DNA of 63,654 nucleotides, filler included, from Collodictyon triciliatum (taxonomy: Eukaryota), in assembly GCA_043381765.1 (NCBI GenBank). It is 6 parts of 6 records of this genome, joined end to end, with 100 filler letters (N's around TTAATTAATTAA, not from the genome) between each part and the next. Parts side by side here need not be neighbours in the genome. Positions count along the whole stretch, not along the records: positions 28,015 to 53,231 come from JBHJMP010000148.1; 5 more parts are not named here. One strand, written 5' to 3'. Shown piece by piece: positions 33,301-44,095 of this stretch. Each line of letters opens with the position of its first letter. Position 1 is the stretch's first letter. The position numbers and the translations under genes are program-made. A model generated the notes under the pieces. It saw only the letters and a program-made list of their open reading frames with translations, made no database searches and had not been told where the DNA came from.

Positions 33301-36300
33301 GGTTGCCGTATCCTATTAAGTACAATTGGAAATTAATTGGTAAAAAAATTACAAATAGAAGCACAATCATGATAGATACATAGTAATTCATGAACTTGGC
33401 CCGTATAAATTAATAACATAACTAAAAATGTATAATGAAATAGTAAACATATTAAGTTAAAATACATCACACAACCTGAGGCACACTTCGATAATCTGCC
33501 TCCTATGCAGCCCTCAGCAGGATAGCATTCTACAGGGCGTACACCTATGTAATATATGTTTAAATTCATACATTAGCTTATTACATTGACATCACATTTG
33601 GCAACTAGTTAGTCTTTCCAATAAACCGATGGAAAAAAACGAAAGGGAATTCATATAAATAATCATTTCAAACATACTTTCATCAGGCGACCAGCTCCCT
33701 TCTTTTGGCCATACCCTGTTGCCACCAGGACATTCGGCATTTGCTGTTCCAAAATCCAAAAATTAAATATCCATAATAATGCACAAGAAAATGAAAAAAG
33801 AAAAGAAAAAGAAAAGAAAAAGAAAAAGAAAAAGAAAAGAAAAAGAAAAGAAAAAGAAAAGAAAAAGAAAAAGAAAAAGAAAAAGAAAAAGAAAAAGAAA
33901 AAGAAAAAGAAAAAGAAAAGAAAAAGAAAAAGAAAAAAAAGGAGAACTATTTATAAACATTTTACATGGACAAATCGAGCAAGATGCATAGCCATGCGTT
34001 CCAGGGGCACCTAGAGACCATGATAAAATTAGGCAGACGACCAAAATTTAACCTGATTCGAAAATTAAACAAGTTAACCAATTTTATTCTCAAAATTCCA
34101 AAATACACTCACATGACGTGCTGACATAAAGTTGATTTTCTGGAGGGCATGTAGGATAACCTTGAGATGTTTGTGTCTTGCCAGCTGGACAACTAATCGA
34201 ATTTTTTACTTAAGCGAAGGAAGTCATAAAAAAGGGAGTTTTTTTCCAGACACAAACCTATGATATGCTCCGTTCGTATTCATCACTGTGACAATCTAGA
34301 CAAAAGAGGTCAGAAATACCATTAATTTTTTTTCTTCTCGACATATTAGACAACATTTAAAACTAACCAAGTAAGAGTCCTCCTGAAAAATTCCAATGAT
34401 CCGTGTTTGCAGTTTCTCAGTTGATATAAATGTCGTTTGCCCCTCAACTTTACAAAAATAAAAAATGTAGAAGTAGAAAGTTACTTTAAAAAAATTATTT
34501 TTTTAGAAAAAAGAGTTGCTATGTACGCTAAAATTGAGTGTGAATAAGCAACCTCTAAGGGAATGATTTGAGGGTGAAGTAATTATGACAAAGGTAGCCC
34601 GAGTGAAGAAATTTCCAGTAATATTTACCAACCCACCGTCCACTTTAATTGTTCTTTGGTTATAAATGAGAGTTAATTTCTTTGTATAAGGATATTAGCT
34701 ATAACATAAAACTAGCTTGAAAAGAAGCAAGAGATTCATTCGCCTATTTTTTTTTTTGAGCAACAGTTAACGTTTGTAGTCATTGTCTTACGGATTCTCT
34801 AATTTCAGAATTAAAGGAAAGTTCACACCAACATTGGTGACTGGTATAGAAACAGGGCCCTTGGGTACATAAAAAAAATATTTAAAACAATCACCTCATT
34901 AACTTCGATATCAATTAGTTTGAATAGAATTAAGGAAAAATTAACATTAACAAGTTAAATATTACAATATTCTTGAACGTGACATCTTTTGTTATTGGCC
35001 ACCCAACTTGAATGCTATACGAAACATTCACACCTTGATTGCTAATGTGTGGCTATAGTAACGCTAATTAAATCGCTGGTAATTTTTTTTGAAATTGTTT
35101 ATATCGCTTGGGTAGATAGTATTCAATCATACCAAACCCTGAATTACAACTCTTTGGTCTACATTCCAGTTCCTTAAAAATACAAAGCATAAATAAGAAA
35201 TTGAATGCTATTGATGATGTTTAATAAATAGCAATAAAAAAAGAACAGTAAATAACAACATGTGAAATAGATATATACATAAATATATCAATCTTTGAGC
35301 TCTCGTGGTTTTAATACCTAATATCATAACTTAGTGAAGACGGCGATATAATAGATTGCCTCGGGTCTGTGCTCAAAACTTTAAGTATGACCACATCATT
35401 TGGTGGGTTTGACAATTTCTAGTGTGCATTATCATGTATAATAATTAAGCCAATTTTTTCACAAATAAGTGCAAGTCAAAATAAAAAGGAAAATAATGGA
35501 GAATAAAGAGAGAAAAAAGAGGAAAAAAAAAGGGGGAAAAAGGGAAAAAGGGAAAAAGGGAAAATCGGAGAAAAGAGAAAAAAGAGAAAATAAGAAGAGA
35601 AAAATTTAAAGCTGAAAATTACCACTAATAAATGCGCTGAAGGTTGCCTATCAATTGATGACGTAAAAAGGTTCATCCACGGCCACACCAAGATACCGTT
35701 ACCTAGATTAAAAAAAGAAGTTAAGTTATCATCAAATTCCCTACGATGAACCGAATAATACTTAACTGTTTGATAAACACGTTCCTCCTATAAGCGAAAA
35801 GTCTGACTTGCATTTACATGATTGGTTTCTTGTATCAATGTCCTCATAAGAATTGGGATCGATCTTGTCATATAGAAGCCACGCTTTTAATATCATTTGA
35901 CAAATTAAATAAAAAAGAGCAGTACTTATTGGATATGATAGATAATGGGTAATAAAACCTTCGAGCAAGGTAAGACAAAAACAGAGTGGGTAGTGCGTAG
36001 TGATGTACCAGACACTTCAAACAGTAATTCATACTGCTGCCCATGAACCCCTAAATTTTTCTCGTGGTAAAGCCTGGGTGATAAAATGCATTTTTTTTTT
36101 TTGTATTGAGCGGATTACCTTTAAATCCGAATCCGTCGAATATAGCTAATCCATTAACAACACGTGTAGTTTTCGGTAATATAGTATCATTTGATGGAAT
36201 ATTTGGAGATATTTTATTCACTGTTATAAAAAAACAGAAAAAGTAAATAAATAATAAATATTTGTCACCCTAATGATTCATCTGATTAAGTAAATGAAGA

Positions 36301-38612
36301 AGCTGAAGTAAAGTTCCTTTAAAACCATTGAAGGATTTGTTTCTTTGATGTAGAATTTAGTTTAACCTGACACTGACAGGCCACCTAAAATAGGGTTGCC
36401 TAAACCATCCAGAACGGCTAACTTTGGTGCATGCGTAAACGGTCCATCGTTATCGTAATTTTCATCAGGAAGAGGTTCAACTGGAACATTTTTGAGACAA
36501 ACAAAACAACAATAATATTAGATGAAAATAAAGCAAAGTTTAATAATTCAAAAGATTATATCAAAATAGCTTCAAAAATGAGCATCAAAGTGATATACAA
36601 GAGATAATAATATTGAAAATTTTCGCTTACCAAATACAAGAATCTTTGGAGTATTCATATATGAAGTAGTAACACTCAAAGACGAATCTATTGTTGGACT
36701 ATTCGATTTTTTTTGTAGTTTGCTGAGTGACATACTTCTTGCAAGACTACCTGTAAGATTTCTAGAGCAACTTCCAGAACGACTTCCAGAGCGACTCCAT
36801 GAACGACTTGCAGAACGACTTGCAGAACGACTTCTAGAGAGACTTCCAGAGAGACTTCCAGAGAGACTTCCAGAACGACTCCCAGAACGACTTGCAGAAA
36901 GACTTGCAGAACGACTTGCAGAACGACTTGCAGAACGACTCCCTGAACGACTCCCTGAACGACTCCCTGAACGACTCCCTGAACGACTTGCAGAACGACT
37001 CCCAGAACGACTTGCAGAACGACTCCCTGAACGACTCCCTGAACGACTCCCTGAACGACTCCCTGAACGACTTCCAGAGAGACTTCCAGAGAGACTTCCA
37101 GAGAGACTCCCTGAACGACTCCCAGAACGACTTGCAGAACGACTCCCTGAACGACTTCCAGAGCGACTCCATGAACGACTCCCAGAACGACTTCTAGAGA
37201 GACTTCCAGAGAGACTTCCAGAGAGACTTCCAGAGAGACTTCCAGAGAGACTTCCAGAGAGACTTCCAGAGAGACTTCCAGAGCGACTCCCTGAACGACT
37301 CCCAGAACGACTTGCAGAACGACTTCCTGCACGACTTCTCAAAATACTTCCTGAACGATTTCCAGAACAACTTCCTGAACGAGACTTTGAGCGAGACCTT
37401 GAACGAGACTTTGAATGAGACCTTGAACGAGACTTTGAATGAGACCTTGAACGAGACTTTGAATGAGACCTTGAACGAGACTTTGAATGAGACCTTGAAC
37501 GAGACTTTGAATGAGACCTTGAACGAGATTTTGAGCGAGACTTTGAGCGAGACCTTGAGCGAGACCTTGAGCGAGACCTTGAACGAGACCTTGAGCGAGA
37601 CCTTGAACGAGACCTTGAACGAGACCTCTTAGGTGACTTGGAAAATGTTCCTAAAAATAACGTCGATTGTAATACAATATTTTTTTTTTAAAAAAAAATT
37701 ATTTGAAGACTTTAGAATTGAAGACTAAATAAGCCCCCATATTCTGTAAGAAAACCAAAATTTGATCATCAAGATCCTTCAATACATGCATTCTGACACG
37801 AAGAATCATGGCCAATACGTACCTGTAAATACTTCCTTGTTGTAAAGGATGTCGGCGTACCCTACACCGCTATTCGCGGACGGATTTCCTTCAATAAGAT
37901 ATCTCGACGTTTTTGTGACAGGCTCAACCGTCCCAGGCACACCGAGGCCATTCAGCACCCATGTGGTTCCGTTTGTTGTGTAAGTGTACACAAGGGTTGG
38001 GTTTTGGTTTGTCTGCACCCTAATCGTGGCACCTGCGACAGCCACAGACTGACCAAAGTACTCGTACGACATCGAGCCGGTGAGCTTTGCCACATTGATA
38101 AGAGTGTTTCCAGAGAGTGTATACACATACACTGCTCCTCGGTTGGTACTTGCTGAGATGGTCTCGGCAGCGCAGCCCACGACTGCAATGGTCGCAGAGA
38201 CACCGACCGCATTTCCGTAGAACATGTAGGGGAGCGGGGTTGGCGGATACAGCATGGCCGACTGCAGCCACGTGGAGCCAGAAAGGGTGAAGTAGAACGC
38301 AGCCCCGCAGCCAAAGGATGCACCAAAGGATGTTGCCGGCGCTCCAACCAAAGCAGCCGTGTCTGAGATTGAGACGCTCTGCCCAAACGCCCCGCTGATA
38401 ATGCCCGGCTCCGCGCTGATGCGCTGCATGTTTGCCCAGCTCGGCTTCTGGGTGGGTGTGGCACTTGCGGCCTTTGGCAACGCAGGCACTTCGGCGCCGG
38501 TTGTTTGCTCGCCCGTGAGCATGACAAACAGCATCAGCGCGCCAAACAATCGGGGCTGCACAAAAAGCACAACGCGGCGGTTGATCCGCCATGGCTGCTT
38601 CGGACAGTCCAT
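30379..38612 (-). CDS. Large surface protein: FG-GAP repeats, Ser/Arg-repeat stalk, Cys-rich region, multi-pass TM C-terminus
   Basis: Exon 1 has a hydrophobic N-terminal segment and FG-GAP repeats (AFGQSVSIS..ALVGAP, GAVYVY, YFGQSVAV). Exon 2 is the 12-bp repeat. Later exons give CSICP, AECPGGNRVWPKEGSW, CASGYGNQFCSVCLDGYY..CQSC and then several hydrophobic helices. The putative stop at 30379 is tentative. Confidence 0.7.
31054..31360. repeat. (ACATA)n intronic microsatellite spanning a gap
   Basis: Tandem pentamer array. Confidence 0.9.
36760..37630 (-). repeat. Coding 12-bp minisatellite (Ser-Arg-Ser-X tetrapeptides)
   Basis: About 70 degenerate 12-bp units (e.g. GAACGACTCCCT, GAACGAGACCTT on +), in frame with the FG-GAP exon on the - strand. 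Confidence 0.9.
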
Positions 38613-39269
38613 GCACCTGCTGCAAATTCAAACAGGCCGTGGCGGGGTGAGTGGGCGGACATGGACGCTTCGTGCGATGAGCGTATTTTCACAATTGGTT
38701 ATGCACACCCCGCGAGTTATTTGCTTTCGTTATGATTCACCTGATTATTTTTTTAATTTAATTTTTTTCCCCTTTTTCTTACTTTCATTTTTTTTTTTTG
38801 GTGTACGCGTCGTGTCGTGTCAGATTGACTGGTGAGTAGTCTTGATTTTCCACATATGGACAGACACACAACATCGTGGCTGACAAGTGCAGTGCGATGC
38901 AACGCCGTACAAAGGGGCACCCACACAAGGCGTTTCGTTTGTCAGGGTCTCATCCGCATTTCAAACAGCTCTGACTTTGTCGCCTCTTCCAGTTCACCAA
39001 CACCATGCTGGTTTCCCACCACCGTTATATATATATTTATTGGCAGCAGGACAAATATGCTGGGACAACCAGAAAGGCTTCTGCATCATCAAACAGGCTC
39101 ACGAAGGCAACGCGTCTACCATCGGAGAAATCTCATTCAAAGAAGGTGCCTTATTATACAAATTATCGTATTTAAATGGTTAGAGTAATGCACGAAAAGA
39201 AAAAAACAATATTTATTCTGCTCACTTGCACCGATGAGATGATATGTAGGAGCCTCTTTCCATGTCAAT

Positions 39270-39274
<5 letters not shown>

Positions 39275-39326
<52 letters not shown>
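39275..39326. repeat. (GT)n microsatellite
   Basis: Tandem dinucleotide. Confidence 0.95.
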
Positions 39327-39329
<3 letters not shown>

Positions 39330-39597
39330 AAATTATTTCTCACTGATTTTACGCTCTTGACGCGAAGCATGTGTGTAAATTACATCCAGCGAATAACCTT
39401 CATATTTCCCTTGAATGTATATTATCCACCTACGATTCATCTCTGAAATAAATCAACGTCCAGAGTATATACTATTTTATTTTTGCTTTTCATTTTGTCA
39501 AGACAATCAGGAAATATGAGGGTCCCATATAAAGAGAAAGTGGAGAAGTAGGCTAGCCCGTAGCCAAAAAAAAAAAAAATAGCAAAGAAAACAAACA

Positions 39598-40119
39598 TCA
39601 ACGACTCTGCTTGAATCGTAAAAGAAATTCATCGAAGGAAATGTTTTTGTCAGCAGCACGTATCAGCAAAGGAAATCCAGCCTTGCGCAGGTAAAGATTC
39701 GCAAGGAGACGACTGGTGCGACCATTTCCGTCTTCAAAGGGGTGGATGAAGTAGACAAACGTAGAGTACGCATAGTATGCTTGGATGGCGGGGTGGCGTC
39801 GCCCCATTTCCGCGCTGGTCAGGATGCTTTGCATGTACTGCATGGCTGGAGGTATTTCCTCTGGCGGCAGGAAGACACGGTAAAACTGATAATTATATAC
39901 GGAGCCCACAGTAACAGCTGTTCTGTACTTTGCTCGTTCCACATCCCCATCGAGATAAAGAGTTTCGTGAAGCTTCATGATATTTTCAATAGTGAATATA
40001 TGAGGAGACTGCAGTACTTCATTCATGACATTCATTGTTATCGTGATGGACTGGTCCTGGGAGTTATCCTTGGGTTTTTGGTAGAAGCTAATGCATGAAT
40101 TCACAAATATACGATAAAA

Positions 40120-40156
<37 letters not shown>

Positions 40157-41682
40157 ATGTAAGTGCGGTGCTGAACAAATTTTTTTTTATCAAAAAAATT
40201 CCTTCAGGTGAATCTACTATAAAATGTCCCAGCTGTCTCAATCAAGAAGTCTAATGAAAGTACCTTCCACCACCCGCCTGGGGCCTCATACCAACGATGT
40301 CAAATATATCTCGTATGGAAAAGGCTATTTTTTGACATTTAAATTCATTTAATCATGAGGAAGCAGTTGAGCGAAAAACTGAAGTTTGATGTACTTTGTT
40401 TAGATAAATAGAAAACATGTCATTACGATTTCCAATCTGAGATGGAGTTTTTCTTGTATCCGGTGCGTTTTGTCCGTGTTTTGTCACAAAATCAGCGAAA
40501 GTTCGTTCGTATTGCGCTTTAGTACATAATTTATAATTTTTTAATTTTTAAAAAAAAGCAACGACCAAAGTTGGTGGTAAATTTTGGCAAGGACTAAACA
40601 AACAAATGAAATAATGCAAGAGCTTATATATCCACAACCTTTTAGTGAATAAATGGACTGCATAACAGGAGATGGATTTCGACCTCCAAAGTATGGCTTC
40701 GAAATAGGCTCTGTAATGAATTGAAGTTGATTTATAGAACGAAAAAAAGTTCATAAGATACGCTTTTTGCATGCATTTTTCTTATAAAAAATATCCGGTG
40801 ACCTATTTTCCCTGTATCCATCATAGTTTTCAGGGCCTTATCAGCCATAGGTCGTACAAGTATCTTGGGTCCGAGGACTGGGGAGACAGTAGCCAAAAAT
40901 TTAAGGGACTCAATCAGCTTCGATTTGAAGGTTTCTTGTAAAGCACCGGCTGAAATGATTTTTTGTTTAAGTAAGGGTTGATGGCATTTTTACACTTGCA
41001 ATTATTGCGGTTCAATTCAAGATTTTCTGAAAGTTGAATGGAGAAGTGTACCCAGAGCCGTTTTTGAGGTTGCTAATCCAACGAGGGCATTGATGCAGCT
41101 GATATGTTCCTCCTAACATAATATTTTTTTAATACTCAAAAGGCTACAGTTCACATATATCATATGGCTAGGTAATATATTCGCATATCCCCACTAAAAT
41201 AAATTGATGGGCAAAAATAAAAATGAGAATAAAATGGCCATGAAATAAATCATCAACATGTATATATCCTGAATTAGTTAATGCATTTTTTTTTTTTTAC
41301 AAACAGAATTCATGGAGGAGGACCACTCGAAAACAACATCAAGGCATTTGAGGTCCATAATAAACTGATATATCAGTTGCAATTCTGTATATATGAAGTT
41401 TTTTTTTTAACCCAATTCATACATTTTTTCATCTTTCTTAAAACGAAGTAATCTCTTGGTATAATTTAAAATGAACACAAATGTATTTTCTGGTGTATAC
41501 TTTTAAAAGAAATGAGGAGGAACTGTAATTATAAGAAAAACTGATAACAAACTCTCGGCTGGAGTATCATCAGACATAAGTAAATCCTTCAGCCCACTTG
41601 AGAAGCCCCCACGTGATATAGATTCTCTCATTAAATCGGCATACAGAGTTGTAAATTTCGTAGCTTTGAGTGCATAACTGGC
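39598..41682 (-). CDS. Fic (Fido) domain protein with helical N-terminal region; inferred ATG-only first exon at 43826-43828
   Basis: The last exon has the canonical Fic motif HPFEDGNGRTSR plus IMKLHETL and YRTAVTVG elements. Several upstream GT-AG exons reach an acceptor at 41683. Confidence 0.85.
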
Positions 41683-42410
41683 CTGCAATAAGGAAAATTA
41701 CTCTTCATATGCCGTAATTTGAAACAGCATATACACCACACATGTGTTGTGNNNNNNNNNNNNNNNNNNNNNNNNNNNNNNNNNNNNNNNNNNNNNNNNN
41801 NNNNNNNNNNNNNNNNNNNNNNNNNNNNNNNNNNNNNNNNNNNNNNNNNNNNNNNNNNNNNNNNNNNNNNNNNNNNNNNNNNNNNNNNNNNNNNNNNNNN
41901 NNNNNNNNNNNNNNNNNNNNNNNNNNNNNNNNNNNNNNNNNNNNNNNNNNNNNNNNNNNNNNNNNNNNNNNNNNNNNNNNNNNNNNNNNNNNNNNNNNNN
42001 NNNNNNNNNNNNNNNNNNNNNNNNNNNNNNNNNNNNNNNNNNNNNNNNNNNNNNNNNNNNNNNNNNNNNNNNNNNNNNNNNNNNNNNNNNNNNNNNNNNN
42101 NNNNNNNNNNNNNNNNNNNNNNNNNNNNNNNNNNNNNNNNNNNNNNNNNNNNNNNNNNNNNNNNNNNNNNNNNNNNNNNNNNNNNNNNNNNNNNNNNNNN
42201 NNNNNNNNNNNNNNNNNNNNNNNNNNNNNNNNNNNNNNNNNNNNNNNNNNNNNNNNNNNNNNNNNNNNNNNNNNNNNNNNNNNNNNNNNNNNNNNNNNNN
42301 NNNNNNNNNNNNNNNNNNNNNNNNNNNNNNNNNNNNNNNNNNNNNNNNNNNNNNNNNNNNNNNNNNNNNNNNNNNNNNNNNNNNNNNNNNNNNNNNNNNN
42401 NNNNNNNNNN

Positions 42411-43786
42411 TATCATTACCAGCGATATTGTAAATGGTATCGGATGTGACGTCAAAGTCAATCCAAATAAGTCCATTCCATGTTTGATTCACATGAATTG
42501 CATTTTTGAGGACATTTTAACCAAAAACTGTTTCAACCAATCTCTATAAGAACTAACAATACACCATGTCATGTTACTCTAGATACTGCATGTTTGATTG
42601 TTATTAGTATCATCAGGAAAAACATTATTACTGAAGAATATGTCAGGATGCAAAGAGACCCTATGGGATAAGTTATTTGAAACGAAGAAGAGGGTCTTCA
42701 TCAAAGAGGCTAAAATTTTAAATACATGATACAAACAGACGGCTAAGCGGTGTCATTATTGTTTGAAAAGAATGGTTTTTCAAATTCAAAATACCAATAT
42801 AACCAAAAAAAATGTTTATATATAGATGAACTTTTCGAATAGCAGATATCTTTATTAGCGACAAAAAAAAATTGGTTGGAGTGGACGCAGGCGAGTTTAA
42901 TTTGGTTTACATGGTGGATGAGACAGGTAAGAAATTACGTTACACGGCATACCAAACAAGACATGATAGCAAATCTCTTAGAAATCACAAAATACTCTTG
43001 CGCGAGAAAAAAAAGTGCAATGCTTTAGGGATATGCATGGCAACAGGTTTACAAAGTGCTTTTTCCTTTGGTCAAATGACTTTTGAAGAGAATCAGCAGT
43101 TTGAGACATCAAGAGCATCTTTAATCGATTTAGAGACAGAACTGAGCAAACATAATTCATGCACAGTCGATTATGAAAAGTTTCGAAAATGTGTGTCTAT
43201 GAAATTAAGATTCCAGATAGAGTTATCCAGATTTTATGAACAAGTAACTTTTCGAAAGATGAGATGGAGACAGATTGTTAATACAAAAAGAAGTGAAGAA
43301 TTGTTTATGGACCGAATCGAAAAGACATTTGGCAAGGATGTTGTACTGGCGTATGGAGACTAGAGCAGAAAATCTCCGATGAAACATTTTATGCCAACAA
43401 TCAGAAGGGGATTACGAAAAATACTCTCCAAACGTTTTGACTCAGTGAGTGTGAATGAATTTAGAACCTCCAAGATGAGTTGTAACTGCGAAAAAGAGCT
43501 GGAATATATGCAACCGAAAGGAAATTCAAAACAGATGTATAGATGTCTCATATGTAAAGAATGTAATCGCTCAGAAAGCAAACAAACTATATTCTTGACA
43601 ACGGACTTTAACAGCGCCAAAAATATACTCAAGAAAGTTCTTTTAATCCTTCAAAAAAACTTACACCTCTCTTTAAAAAATAGGCTGTCGGGTCTTTCCT
43701 GGCAACCTTCACCACTACACAACCATGTGAAAAAAGTGATGAGACCTTGGATACTAGCGCACCAGTTTTACCAATCGATAGATTGA
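42411..43786 (+). pseudogene. Fanzor1 (TnpB-derived RNA-guided RuvC endonuclease) pseudogene, copy 1
   Basis: Motifs across frames: DVKVNP..HMN, KLFQPISIRTNNTPCHVTLDTA, FKYMIQTDG*AVSLLF, RuvC-I VGVDAG (D 42884), FRKMRW, VVLAYGD*S, RuvC-II VNEFRTSK (E 43457), Zn-finger SCNC...CKEC, RuvC-III TDFNSAKNI (D 43604). Several in-frame stops and frameshifts; no introns. Confidence 0.88.
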
Positions 43787-43802
43787 TATACCCCTTCTAG
43801 TG
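43682..43802 (+). ncRNA. Candidate Fanzor omegaRNA scaffold, copy 1
   Basis: Conserved with copy 2 and able to form consecutive hairpins: AGGCTGTCGGG/CCTGGCAACCT, TCACCACT..AGTGATGA, ACTAG..CTAGT enclosing CAATC-GATA-GATTG. It overlaps the ORF end and abuts the element right end, as expected for TnpB/Fanzor omegaRNAs. Confidence 0.6.
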
Positions 43803-44095
43803 TATATGATAAATGTAAAACGAACCATGAGTAAATGTGATGGATATATTATAATATCCAAAAATAGATAAAACAGAAGGCCGCAACTGTCGTCCGCTGT
43901 TGATGCGTGCGCGCTATGTTTTTAATCGAAAGGCGGGTGGATAGCCGATGAGTTTTTATTTGCGATGTAAAGAGGATGCAGGATGAGCAACCAAGTGCTT
44001 TATTTCATGTGATTCTGGAGGTTAATAGGAAAAAAATCTTTTCGAAGCACAGAGCTGAGTGTAGGTGAGAAAGATTTTCCATTTTTTTTTCTTTC

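Larger units (their letters stand above)
41734..43802 (+). mobile_element. Fanzor1-carrying DNA element, copy 1 (termini inferred; interior partly in a 659-N gap)
   Basis: Contains the decayed Fanzor ORF. Clear homology to copy 2 ends at TTCTAGT (43801). Candidate ends read TATA|CACCAC...CTAGTG|TATA, giving a 9-bp inverted repeat CATATACAC (41728-41736) / GTGTATATG (43800-43808). Confidence 0.6.

Noticed and set aside
36720-37632. + strand ERLP/NETL/NDSL repeat ORFs, or a CRISPR-like array
   Set aside because: These are shadow frames of the 12-bp coding minisatellite. There are no unique spacers, and only the - strand Ser/Arg frame splices to the neighbouring exons.
42709-43363. Stop-codon reassignment explaining the TAA/TAG codons in the Fanzor ORF
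   Set aside because: The TAG at 43361 aligns with TGG in copy 2, frameshifts are also present, and host genes terminate normally at TAA, TAG and TGA.
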